A stretch of DNA of 64,000 bases from Candidatus Omnitrophota bacterium (GCA_030650425.1 JAUSED010000009.1:142846-206845), one strand, 5' to 3'; positions 9,676 to 18,406 are shown, counted from the first letter of the stretch. Notes: generated by a model from the letters alone, not told the origin. Translations and numbers: made by a program.

Positions 9676-9933
9676 ATGAGCTATCCTATCAGATTTTCGA
9701 ATACCGCTTCAGGCCAATTCCAAAAACTCAAAGATAAAAAACTTAAGGGAAGAATTACTTCAACATTAGAGTATATTGCCAGCGAACCCCTTATGGGCAA
9801 ACCCTTACAGGCGGAATTCAAAGGCTGTTATTCATATCGGGTTAGTGATTACAGAGTAATATATGCTTTCTCAAAGGCAGAAAAATCTATTGGCATAATT
9901 AGAATTGATCATAGAAGGGAAGTTTATAGGTAA
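9676..9933 (+). CDS. RelE/ParE-family toxin
   Basis: GKPLQAEFKGCYSYRVSDYRVIY...IDHRREVYR; ATG at 9676. Confidence 0.88.
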   Translation: MSYPIRFSNTASGQFQKLKDKKLKGRITSTLEYIASEPLMGKPLQAEFKGCYSYRVSDYRVIYAFSKAEKSIGIIRIDHRREVYR

Positions 9934-9987
9934 AACGCCCCAGGTTAAGCTGGAAAGCGTACCTTGTGTGCTTAGGAGGGCAGAAAG

Positions 9988-11022
9988 ATGAGAAAAATAT
10001 TCAAGCTATTTACCTTAATAATATTATTAGCTATGTTCGTTTTGCCTTCTGTTTATGCCGAAGTTCCGCACCTTATCAATTACCAAGGCCGGCTGACTGA
10101 TGCAAACGGAGTATCTTTAAATAACGCCTACAAAATTACTTTTAGGATATACGACGCTGAGAATGCCGGAACATTGCTCTGGCAAGGAACCTACAATAAC
10201 GTCTCAATCACCAAGGGCATCTTTAGCATCTTATTAGGTGATACCAATGACACCGGCTATAACTTCCAAATCCTTGCCTTTGATAAACCCTACTGGCTAG
10301 AGATTAAAGTCGGGGAAGATGCGCCGATGAAGCCGAGGCAGAGAATAACCAGTGTTGGATACGCGATAAAAGCGGAGAAGGCAGACTTTTTAACTACGCC
10401 GGCAGATCAAGGCGATATTCTTTATTATAATGGTTCTGCTTGGACAAAATTACCCGCAGGATCTCCAGGGCAATTTTTACAAACTCAAGGTGTTGGAAGT
10501 AGTCCTCAATGGGTTGCGCCTGCTTTTTCGAATATGCAAGTATTTACCTCCTCTGGAACTTGGATTAAACCAGCAGGAATAACTAAAGTATTGGTAAAAG
10601 TAATTGGTGGTGGAGGTGGTTCGAGTGGTAATTACAGTGGTCAGTATTCAGCATCAGGCGGTGGATCAGGTGGATATGCAGAGAAAATTTGCACAGTTAC
10701 CGGAAATGTTACGGTTACCGTAGGCGTAGGGGGAACTGGAAGCACCAATGCATCAATCATCCCTGGCGGAAACGGTGGAGATAGTTCTTTTGGAACTTTC
10801 TGTACTGCTGGTGGTGGTCAAGGTGGACAGATGACAGCTGCCCCTGGAACAGGTGGAACTGCAACTGAGGGAGATTTAAATGCAACCGGTTTTACTGGCA
10901 ATAAAGGAACCGGCAAAATGGACATACCTAATACCCAGAGTATGTTAGGTATCTCTTATGGATATGGTGGTGGCCCTAATGGAACTAATGGCGGTGCGGG
11001 TTTAGTTGTAGTTTATTGGTAA
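9988..11022 (+). CDS. Secreted tail-fibre-like protein with C-terminal glycine-rich domain
   Basis: Signal peptide; AEVPHLINYQGRLTD N-terminal domain; QVFTSSGTW..P.G..KV.V.VIGGGGG Gly-rich phage-tail-type domain. Confidence 0.7.
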   Translation: MRKIFKLFTLIILLAMFVLPSVYAEVPHLINYQGRLTDANGVSLNNAYKITFRIYDAENAGTLLWQGTYNNVSITKGIFSILLGDTNDTGYNFQILAFDKPYWLEIKVGEDAPMKPRQRITSVGYAIKAEKADFLTTPADQGDILYYNGSAWTKLPAGSPGQFLQTQGVGSSPQWVAPAFSNMQVFTSSGTWIKPAGITKVLVKVIGGGGGSSGNYSGQYSASGGGSGGYAEKICTVTGNVTVTVGVGGTGSTNASIIPGGNGGDSSFGTFCTAGGGQGGQMTAAPGTGGTATEGDLNATGFTGNKGTGKMDIPNTQSMLGISYGYGGGPNGTNGGAGLVVVYW

Positions 11023-11076
11023 TACGTTCAGAGAGACAGCCGAGAAAAAAATTAAAATTAAAAAATTAAAAAACAC

Positions 11077-11105
11077 TTGACAAATAACGGGTTATATGTT
11101 AAAAA
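11077..11105 (+). promoter_or_regulatory. Putative sigma70 promoter of porin gene
   Basis: TTGACA-17nt-TAAAAA with A-rich upstream element. Confidence 0.5.
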
Positions 11106-11201
11106 ATAAAAAGTGCTGATGAATATCATCTAGGCAAATAAATTCTTTAGCCTAGTTTCAATATAAAAAACAAGGTATCATAAAAAAGGAGGAGAAAGAA
11201 A

Positions 11202-12500
11202 ATGAGTAAACGCTTAATTGTGGTATTAGCGCTTGTTTTTGTAGTCGGCTTAACCTTCGCCGCCTACGCTGAAGTGCAAAATGTGAAGGTGTCCGGAGAC
11301 TTGAATTTCTTGGCCATTGGCCGGGATAATTTCGATCTCGGAGTCGGAACACCAAACCTTAACAAAGGAAGGCTTTTTGGTACTCAGGCCCGTATCAGGA
11401 TTGACGCTGATCTGACTGATAATGTTATGACTACGATCAGGTTGATTAACGAAAGGAACTGGGGAAATAATACAACCGCTAACACTAACGCTAAAATTGA
11501 TCTGGATTTAGCCTATGTAACCCTGAAAGAATTCCTTTATTCTCCTTTGAGCGTTACAGTTGGCCGCCAAGAGATGAGATTCGGTAATGCTTTGATTATC
11601 GGTAACGGCAACCTTTTAACTAACGGTGCAGCCGATCTTTTTGGTTTCCCGAGAGACCTATCCTTACGGAAAGCGTTTGACGGCATCAAAGCAGTATTAA
11701 ACTACGATCCTTTGGTTGTTGATCTCATTTACGCAAAGGTCAGCAACGTTAATACCAACACTTCAGATTCCGACAATCTATTTGGTGTCAATGTTTCGTA
11801 TGATGTGAATAAGAAATTAAACGTTAATCCTTATGTGTTCGTCAAAGAAGATAAATCAGCAGTAGGAAATGCAGCTGGTATCGATAAAAAGAGAAACTCG
11901 GTTGTCACAACCGGTGCCCTCATCAGCGGTTCACCGATTGAAAATTTAAATACATCCTTAGAAGGCGCAGTACAATTTGGTAACAATAGGAACACTGCTG
12001 TTGCGAAAAAGCATGGCGGGTTCGCCTTACAAGGCTTGGCAGATTATACTTTCGCTAAAGTAAAATATACTCCGATGTTAGGGGCAGGTTACACTTATCT
12101 CTCCGGTAACAATAAAAAGGCTGGATGGGATGCAATGTTCACTGATCAGAGGCTAAACAGCATTACCTATGCGATATTGCCTTTTACTAACATGCAAGTA
12201 GTTAATATTAAAGGTAGCGCAAAGCCAATTGATGACGTGACTCTTATGGCGAATTACGGTTTCTATCGCTTAAACAAAGCAGTCACTACCATTACCAATG
12301 CTTATACCTCAACTGCTATGAACATGAATACTAGTAAAAAAGACTTAGGCAGTGCCCTTGATTTAACTGCACTGTATGACTATACCGAAGATGTACAAAT
12401 AGGTCTTACCTATGGTGTATTTTGGAAAGGTACTGCTTTCGTCGGGAGTAAAGGCGACTCAGCTACTCAGTTAATCGGTTCAATGAAAGTTACATTCTAA
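11202..12500 (+). CDS. Alginate-export (AlgE)-family outer-membrane beta-barrel protein
   Basis: Signal peptide; AEVQNVKVSGD, GRQEMRFGNALIIG, FDGIKAVL; C-terminal Phe; strong RBS. Confidence 0.75.
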   Translation: MSKRLIVVLALVFVVGLTFAAYAEVQNVKVSGDLNFLAIGRDNFDLGVGTPNLNKGRLFGTQARIRIDADLTDNVMTTIRLINERNWGNNTTANTNAKIDLDLAYVTLKEFLYSPLSVTVGRQEMRFGNALIIGNGNLLTNGAADLFGFPRDLSLRKAFDGIKAVLNYDPLVVDLIYAKVSNVNTNTSDSDNLFGVNVSYDVNKKLNVNPYVFVKEDKSAVGNAAGIDKKRNSVVTTGALISGSPIENLNTSLEGAVQFGNNRNTAVAKKHGGFALQGLADYTFAKVKYTPMLGAGYTYLSGNNKKAGWDAMFTDQRLNSITYAILPFTNMQVVNIKGSAKPIDDVTLMANYGFYRLNKAVTTITNAYTSTAMNMNTSKKDLGSALDLTALYDYTEDVQIGLTYGVFWKGTAFVGSKGDSATQLIGSMKVTF

Positions 12501-12524
12501 GTCAGTTTATGTAAAGCAATACCT

Positions 12525-12557
12525 ACCCTCGGGAGAGAAATCTCCCGAGGGTTTTTT
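12525..12557 (+). terminator. Rho-independent terminator after porin gene
   Basis: ACCCTCGGGAGA-GAAA-TCTCCCGAGGGT followed by a T run. Confidence 0.85.
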
Positions 12558-12565
12558 AATATAGA

Positions 12566-12614
12566 GTCATCCCCGTGAAAACGGGAAACTGATCCCCGCT
12601 TTCGCGGGGATGAC
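12566..12614. repeat. Inverted pair of GTCATCCCCG-type palindromic repeats (family B)
   Basis: GTCATCCCCGTGAAAACGGG ... CCCCGCTTTCGCGGGGATGAC. Confidence 0.7.
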
Positions 12615-12626
12615 AATACGAATAAT

Positions 12627-14186
12627 ATGTTATATCTCGCCTTTATCTTCCATATGCACCAGCCGTATTATAAAGATCTGCTCACGCGCCAGACAGATCT
12701 GCCTTGGGTTAGGCTGCATGGGGTCAAAGACTATCTGGATATGGTGCAAATCCTTGAGAAATTCCCCAAGATTCATCAAACCTTTAACATTGTTCCGTCA
12801 TTACTGGAACAGGTCGAAGATTACACTGCCAGAGAGGTTAAGGATAAATTCCTCGAGCTTTCCTATAAACGAGCCGAAGATTTAGCCCCTAATGATAAAG
12901 ATTTTATCCTCAGTAATTTCTTTTCAATCAATAAAGAAAAGGTCATCGCGTTTTTCCCGCGTTATTATGAATTGTATTTCAAGAAGCAAAAGAAACAGGA
13001 ATTCAACACTCAAGATTTCTTAGACCTGCAGGTCTGGTTCAATTTAGCCTGGATTGACCCGTGTTTCCGCCAAAGATTTCCGGAATTAAAAAATCTTGTT
13101 TCCAAAGGAAGATTTTTTAGCGAAGAGGAGAAACAAATAGTTCTAGATAAGCAACTGGCTATCTTGGAAGAAATTATTCCTAATTACAAAAAGTTTTGCG
13201 GCTCCGAACAAATAGAATTAAGCGTTAGCCCGTATTATCACCCGATATTGCCGCTGCTTTACAGCACTAATGCCGCCAAAGAAGCTAATCATCAAAGCCT
13301 TTTGCCAAAGTCGGAATTCCGATATCCCGATGACGCAAAAGCTCAAATCGAATCTTCGGTTAAGTTTTACCGGGAGAGATTTAGAATAGCCCCAAAAGGG
13401 ATGTGGCCTTCCGAAGAATCAGTCTGCGAAAATATCCTGCCGCTTATGATCAACGCCGGAATAAAATGGATTGTCACCGACGAGGCCATACTCTTTAAGT
13501 CCTTAAAAAAGAAAAAACGGGAAACGGCGCTGCTTTATCAGCCGCATTTATTAAAGAGAGATAACGGGGAATTAAAAATAATCTTCCGTGACCGCAATCT
13601 TTCGGACTTACTCGGCTTTGTTTACCATACTTGGAAAACGGAAAACGCGGTAGCGGATTTCATAGAGCACCTGAATAATATAAACAAGGCATTTAAGGGT
13701 GAGGATACTCTAGTCACAATAGCTATGGACGGAGAGAATGCCTGGGAATATTATACTAATGATGGCCATGATTTCTTAGAGCTGCTTTACCAGCGTTTAT
13801 CCGAATCCGATTTTATCAAGGTAACCAGAGTATCCGAATATTTGGAAAAACATCCGGTTAAATCTAAAATCCGGCATTTAAGCGCGGGTTCATGGATCTA
13901 CGGAAATTTTAATAAATGGATGGGGAATCCTTATAAGGTAAAAGCCTGGGAATGGCTGCTTGAGGCAAGAAAAAAACTCGAGAAAATTAACGCGGATGGA
14001 ACAAATACAAAAACCGCATTGGCTTGGAAACAAATATATATCTTAGAAGGAAGTGATTGGTTCTGGTGGTACGGTGAAGACCCGGATGGCTCTTTTGATA
14101 AGCTCTTTCGCCTGCACTTAAGAAACTTCTATACGATCATCGAAGAACCCATTCCGAAATATTTAGAGAACCCTCTAAGTACTTGA
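12627..14186 (+). CDS. Glycoside hydrolase family 57 (amylopullulanase/alpha-amylase type)
   Basis: HMHQPYY, WVRLHGVKDY, GMWPSE, MDGENAWEYY and GSDWFWW conserved regions. Confidence 0.92.
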   Translation: MLYLAFIFHMHQPYYKDLLTRQTDLPWVRLHGVKDYLDMVQILEKFPKIHQTFNIVPSLLEQVEDYTAREVKDKFLELSYKRAEDLAPNDKDFILSNFFSINKEKVIAFFPRYYELYFKKQKKQEFNTQDFLDLQVWFNLAWIDPCFRQRFPELKNLVSKGRFFSEEEKQIVLDKQLAILEEIIPNYKKFCGSEQIELSVSPYYHPILPLLYSTNAAKEANHQSLLPKSEFRYPDDAKAQIESSVKFYRERFRIAPKGMWPSEESVCENILPLMINAGIKWIVTDEAILFKSLKKKKRETALLYQPHLLKRDNGELKIIFRDRNLSDLLGFVYHTWKTENAVADFIEHLNNINKAFKGEDTLVTIAMDGENAWEYYTNDGHDFLELLYQRLSESDFIKVTRVSEYLEKHPVKSKIRHLSAGSWIYGNFNKWMGNPYKVKAWEWLLEARKKLEKINADGTNTKTALAWKQIYILEGSDWFWWYGEDPDGSFDKLFRLHLRNFYTIIEEPIPKYLENPLST

Positions 14187-14211
14187 CAGGCAATGCTTTT
14201 TATGCTATAAA
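14183..14211 (+). promoter_or_regulatory. Putative sigma70 promoter for 14225-15956
   Basis: TTGACA-17nt-TATAAA overlapping the GH57 stop. Confidence 0.55.
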
Positions 14212-14224
14212 TAGTAAAATTGAA

Positions 14225-14785
14225 ATGGATAAAAAAGAGATCTACGAACATTTAGCCAAGATTTATCTGGATGCCTCATCTAAAAAAAAGAAAAGGCATA
14301 AAGCCTACCCGAAACTTTTAAATAATCTGTTTATCATAGGAATATTTATAGTCATCGGGCTGACTACTACATTATTTTCTTCCGCAACTAGAAAAAACCT
14401 AAATACTGAAACCGCGCTCATCCTGCAAAATGACCACGCAAAGATAAACTTCAATTTTGACCCGGCAAAAAAAGAAACTTACACCCTGAATTTAAAACGG
14501 CTTAACCTAACTCACTCCAAGCAACTGGCTTTCTCAGTGAGAAATATAAATCCTAAAGATAAAATAACCCTGCGCGTTGAATTTACCAATGCCTTCAAAG
14601 AAAAATCCGAAGTCTACGTCAGAAACATCCCTTCTAAATGGAAGGATTTTGAAATCAGCCTCTCTGAATTTAAAAATATAAATGACTGGTCTGAAATCAC
14701 AAGCCTTGTTTTTTCGGTCGAAGAGTGGAATGCCTCGCAGAAAAAAGGCGTAGTTTATATAGATAATGTCCGGCTTTTAAAGTAA
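14225..14785 (+). CDS. Single-pass membrane protein with CBM11/CIA30-like carbohydrate-binding domain
   Basis: Basic N-terminus, one TM helix, then W..FEI.L.EF...DWS.I..L.F.VE....G..YIDNV jelly-roll pattern. Confidence 0.6.
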   Translation: MDKKEIYEHLAKIYLDASSKKKKRHKAYPKLLNNLFIIGIFIVIGLTTTLFSSATRKNLNTETALILQNDHAKINFNFDPAKKETYTLNLKRLNLTHSKQLAFSVRNINPKDKITLRVEFTNAFKEKSEVYVRNIPSKWKDFEISLSEFKNINDWSEITSLVFSVEEWNASQKKGVVYIDNVRLLK

Positions 14786-14819
14786 ACCGGGGTTATACAA
14801 CCCAAAGGAGGAAAATTTT

Positions 14820-15956
14820 ATGCGCATAATCGCTATCACTAATCAAAAAGGCGGTTGCGGTAAAACGACGACATCGGTTAATTTAGCGGCATCTTTAGCT
14901 ACCAATGGCCGGAAGGTACTACTCATAGACATTGACCCGCAGGCGCACGCTAGCTTAGGGCTGAACATAAAATCTTCTTTAAGTATTTATAATGTCTTAT
15001 CCAAAATCGCGCATCAAAGGGCAAAATTAGAAGATATCATTCAAAACATAGGCCCGGACTTCGACATCGCCCCATCCAGCATCATCTTGAGCACATTAGA
15101 ACAGGAATTAGCCGGAGAGATAGGCAGAGAATCCCGGCTCTGGGATACCCTAAGCAATCTTAAGGGAGTCTACGATTACGTGCTGATTGATTGCCCTCCA
15201 AACCTTGGAATCTTGACCATTAACGCTATCCGCGCAGCCAACGAAGTGATTATACCGGTAGAAGCCAGCAGGTTCTCGTTGGAAGGAATGGACCAATTAA
15301 TCAGCATAGTGAACTTAGTCAGGGACCGCCTGAATCATACGGTGAGCGTGAGAGTATTAGTCACTAATTTCGATTCGCGCCTCGCGCATTCTTTTAAAAT
15401 GCTGGAAAAGATAAAGGTCGATTTTAAGGATAAGCTCTTCAGTAACATTATCCACGTGAACGTAAGGTTAAAAGAAGCTCAAAATCAAGGAACACATATC
15501 TTTAATTATGATAAATACAGCCGCGGCGCCAAAGACTACTTTAGCCTTTCACGGGAAATTATTACTCTGGAAGATGGGTCTAAGGCTCCGCTTAAACCGG
15601 AAAAAGAACTTAAGATCACGGTTAAACCTGCCGCGGCTTTAGAGAAAAAAATGAATGAAATACTTAAAAAAGAACTCCCTAAGCTTACGGAAGTGAAATT
15701 CTCGATCCTTGCCCCGGAAGCAAAAGACGTCTATGTTGCCGGCGAATTCAATAACTGGAAACTTGAAGACGCCACCCGAATGACTAAGAGTAACGGAAAC
15801 GGAACTTGGAGCAAGGCGTTAAGTTTATCCAACGGTAAATACCGCTATCGTTTTGTGATTGACGGAAATTGGGTCGAAGACTCCAGCAACCCTTTAAAAG
15901 AAGTTAATCCTTACGGCTCAGTTGATTCCCTGATTGAAATCAGCGCTAAAAAATAG
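14820..15956 (+). CDS. ParA/Soj-family ATPase fused to C-terminal AMPK-beta/CBM48 glycogen-binding domain
   Basis: Deviant Walker A NQKGGCGKTTT, DIDPQ, IDCPP; C-terminus APEAKDVYVAGEFNNW...GKYRYRFVIDGNWVED..NP...NPYGS. Confidence 0.9.
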   Translation: MRIIAITNQKGGCGKTTTSVNLAASLATNGRKVLLIDIDPQAHASLGLNIKSSLSIYNVLSKIAHQRAKLEDIIQNIGPDFDIAPSSIILSTLEQELAGEIGRESRLWDTLSNLKGVYDYVLIDCPPNLGILTINAIRAANEVIIPVEASRFSLEGMDQLISIVNLVRDRLNHTVSVRVLVTNFDSRLAHSFKMLEKIKVDFKDKLFSNIIHVNVRLKEAQNQGTHIFNYDKYSRGAKDYFSLSREIITLEDGSKAPLKPEKELKITVKPAAALEKKMNEILKKELPKLTEVKFSILAPEAKDVYVAGEFNNWKLEDATRMTKSNGNGTWSKALSLSNGKYRYRFVIDGNWVEDSSNPLKEVNPYGSVDSLIEISAKK

Positions 15957-16012
15957 CACCCCGCGCTTATAAGGAATTGCGCGGGTATGCCTTTCCGGGC
16001 AAGGAGGTGCGT

Positions 16013-16408
16013 ATGGTATTAAAAAAGAAGACTAAGAAAAAGGTGGTTACGGTTAAGAAAAAGGCGTTAAAAAATAAAACTCCGAAGAAAATAGCTACAA
16101 AGAAACCCGCGAAGAAAAGCGTATCCAAAAAGAAACCGGCAGTTATCAAAGTTAAGAAAGCAAAGGAGAGAGTAATAGGAACCATTACGCATTATTTCCC
16201 GCATGTGCAGGCAGCGGTAATCAAATTAAAGGCTCCTTTAGCGGCGGGACAGACAATTAAAATTAAGGGCCATACCACAGATTTTATCCAAGCCATAACC
16301 TCGATGCAGATTGACCGCGTTCCAATAAATTCAGCTAAGGCCGGCCAAGAGATCGGATTATTGGTTAATTCCAGGGTCAGGCAGGGAGATTTAGTTTATA
16401 AAGCCTAA
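16013..16408 (+). CDS. Lys-rich (histone H1-like) N-terminus + translation-factor-like beta-barrel protein
   Basis: RBS AAGGAGGT; KK-rich first ~50 aa; IGTITHYFPHVQAAVIKL...IKGHTTDFIQ...SMQID...GQEIGL. Confidence 0.75.
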   Translation: MVLKKKTKKKVVTVKKKALKNKTPKKIATKKPAKKSVSKKKPAVIKVKKAKERVIGTITHYFPHVQAAVIKLKAPLAAGQTIKIKGHTTDFIQAITSMQIDRVPINSAKAGQEIGLLVNSRVRQGDLVYKA

Positions 16409-16421
16409 AAAGGAGGGAGAG

Positions 16422-16604
16422 TTGAGACTTTCAGAGGTTGAAAAAAAAGCTAAGAACTTAGGGATCAAAGACACGTGGAGGTTATCGAAGAAAGACTTAA
16501 TCAAAACTATCCAGCGCACCGAAGGAAATACCGCCTGCTTTGCCACAGCTCGTAATTATTGTGACCAGCTGATCTGCTGTTGGAGGAGCGACTGCGTAAA
16601 ATGA
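16422..16604 (+). CDS. Small Rho-N/SAP-like domain protein with Cys-rich tail
   Basis: AKNLGI...KKDLIKTIQRTEGN..CF....C....CCWR.DC; RBS AGGAGG. Confidence 0.7.
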   Translation: MRLSEVEKKAKNLGIKDTWRLSKKDLIKTIQRTEGNTACFATARNYCDQLICCWRSDCVK

Positions 16605-16786
16605 AATATAAATGCCAGATCTGCGAACGAGATATCGATGATTTTGCCAGCTTGGCCCACATTAAGGCTGAGGAATATCTGCTGGAGCTAATCAGGCGCG
16701 ACCATCCTGAATGGCATGAAAGTAAGAAAACCTGCCATAAATGCGTCGATTACTACCGTAAATTAGTCAAAGAAAACGAAGTTTAG
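16601..16786 (+). CDS. Small putative zinc-binding protein
   Basis: CQIC...H...DHPEW...CHKC; start overlaps upstream stop. Confidence 0.65.
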   Translation: MKYKCQICERDIDDFASLAHIKAEEYLLELIRRDHPEWHESKKTCHKCVDYYRKLVKENEV

Positions 16787-16814
16787 GATTAGCTAAATAA
16801 AGTTAGATACAAGC

Positions 16815-16842
16815 CGTAGCGGACACTTAAATGTCCGCTACG
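16815..16842. repeat. GTAG-type REP-like hairpin
   Basis: CGTAGCGGACA-CTTAAA-TGTCCGCTACG. Confidence 0.55.
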
Positions 16843-16922
16843 ATTACAATAAGGCTATCTTTTAGAGTAGGTACCCATAATAAATACGGCGTTAAAACTC
16901 GGTAAGTTTAAGTAAGCTTCTT

Positions 16923-17249
16923 ATGCAGACACGCGGCAGGCCAAAAAAATACAGGATAGTGCATCTTGACCCTAAAATAAGCCAGTTTAGCCCAAGGGGC
17001 AGGCCCGGCAGGCCTAATGAAGTGGACCTGAGCATGGATGAATTCGAGTCATTACGGCTGGCTGATCATATGGGATTACCGCAGAAAGAGGCAGCTAAAT
17101 CCATGCGTATATCTCAACAAACCTTTAGCCGGATATTAAAGAGAGCGCATAGAAGCATTGCTAACGCATTAGTTAATGGCAATACCATAAGAATACAGGG
17201 CGGCCATTACGTAATCAGTTCCCGAGAAGAGAATGAGAAAACTATCTGA
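16923..17249 (+). CDS. DUF134-family HTH DNA-binding protein
   Basis: GRPKK.R...FSP.G...L..DEFESLRLAD..GL.Q.EAA..M.ISQQTFSRIL...I.IQGG. Confidence 0.85.
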   Translation: MQTRGRPKKYRIVHLDPKISQFSPRGRPGRPNEVDLSMDEFESLRLADHMGLPQKEAAKSMRISQQTFSRILKRAHRSIANALVNGNTIRIQGGHYVISSREENEKTI

Positions 17250-17932
17250 CTTAAGCAAAGAAAAATTAACCAGCCTATACCTTAACGAAAAGAAATCCAT
17301 GGGAGATATAGCTAAAATCTATGGCGTTTCCCGGACAGCGATATATAAAAGACTGAAAATATATGCTATAAAACAACGTTCTAAGTCAGAAGCAAGGATT
17401 GAAGCACAGAAACAAGATAAACTTCCCCAATTAATTGAGAAGGTTAAAAAGGTTACTGGCTCAGAACATAAAATAACGCCATCTAGACACCAGAAAGGAT
17501 TATATTACTTTCATTTCGCCAGAGAAAAACTTGCGGCGGATTTAGCGAAACTCGGTGTTTTACCCAGAAAGAGCCTAACAGTCAAATTCCCGCAGGTTCC
17601 AGAAAAACACCTGGCTGATTTCATAAGAGGAATCTTTGACGGTGATGGCAGTGTGTTCTTTGATAAGCGCCGGCCAAAATTCCCCTTACGATCAAAGTTT
17701 GTTAGTGGTTCGGAGGCCTTTATAGAAGGATTACAAAAGGCCATTGAAGATTATTTAGGTATGCCTAAAAGGACAATTTATAAACAAAAAACCAAGAATG
17801 GATGGAGTCATATGTTTATATATGGACATAAAGACAGCACAAAATTGTTTGAAATTTTATATAAAAATACCCAAAATGGGCTATTTAGAACGTAAATACA
17901 ACCGTTTTTTAGAGGGTTTAAAAGGAATTTAA
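17233..17932 (+). pseudogene. HTH + LAGLIDADG endonuclease-like gene, probably degenerate
   Basis: FIRGIFDGDGSV motif; first LAGLIDADG segment appears deleted; typical tail (L)ERKYNRF continues in another frame beyond the stop at 17895. Confidence 0.55.
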
Positions 17933-17945
17933 GGAAGCATATACT

Positions 17946-18131
17946 ATGGATGGACGGCTTAAAGAATGGGTAGATTGGCATAAAGGACAGATTAGCAGTT
18001 TCCACACCAAGGACTTAGCGGCAAATTTAGGAGTTTCAACCCGGACAATTCAACGCTGGATAAAAGAACAGACAAAGCCCAAGGAAGATCAATTACAGAG
18101 AATCACGCAGTACGTAAAGGAAAACAGTTAA
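17946..18131 (+). CDS. Small HTH protein
   Basis: TKDLAANLGVSTRTIQRWIKEQTKP. Confidence 0.7.
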   Translation: MDGRLKEWVDWHKGQISSFHTKDLAANLGVSTRTIQRWIKEQTKPKEDQLQRITQYVKENS

Positions 18132-18198
18132 AGGGGAAGCACAAAGGCAATTAACCGATAAAAACAGTCGGTTTTCTTATATGCTTGTATGTCGCACA

Positions 18199-18226
18199 AG
18201 TGCCCATAATATATCTTATGTTAACT
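18199..18226 (+). other. dif: dif site (XerC/XerD chromosome dimer resolution site)
   Basis: AGTGCCCATAA-TATATC-TTATGTTAACT vs E. coli GGTGCGCATAA-TGTATA-TTATGTTAAAT; intergenic, at the gene-orientation switch. Confidence 0.85.
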
Positions 18227-18406
18227 TCAACATATTGGCTAATCTGCTCTAAAGCCTTGGTTGGTAATGGGTTGAATGAGGCCTGTGTTTTCCTGTGGAT
18301 AAGCACTTTTTCATTTACTTAAACTTACCGCCTTCTTTTAGGCTTAACATTTCTGGGAAGATTTATAGATGAAACTACCGGGATTTTTTGGCTTTAATCG
18401 CCTATT

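Noticed and set aside
8369-9933. Classical integron cassette array
   Set aside because: No integrase and no attC-like RYYYAAC...GTTRRRY palindromes recognised
9988-11022. Prophage
   Set aside because: Isolated fibre-like gene with a signal peptide; no capsid, terminase or integrase nearby
14820-15956. Chromosome-partitioning parA of a parABS locus
   Set aside because: No parB or parS noticed, located at the terminus, and carries a CBM48 fusion
17233-17895. Intein or group I intron-encoded homing endonuclease
   Set aside because: No splicing motifs and no interrupted host gene visible
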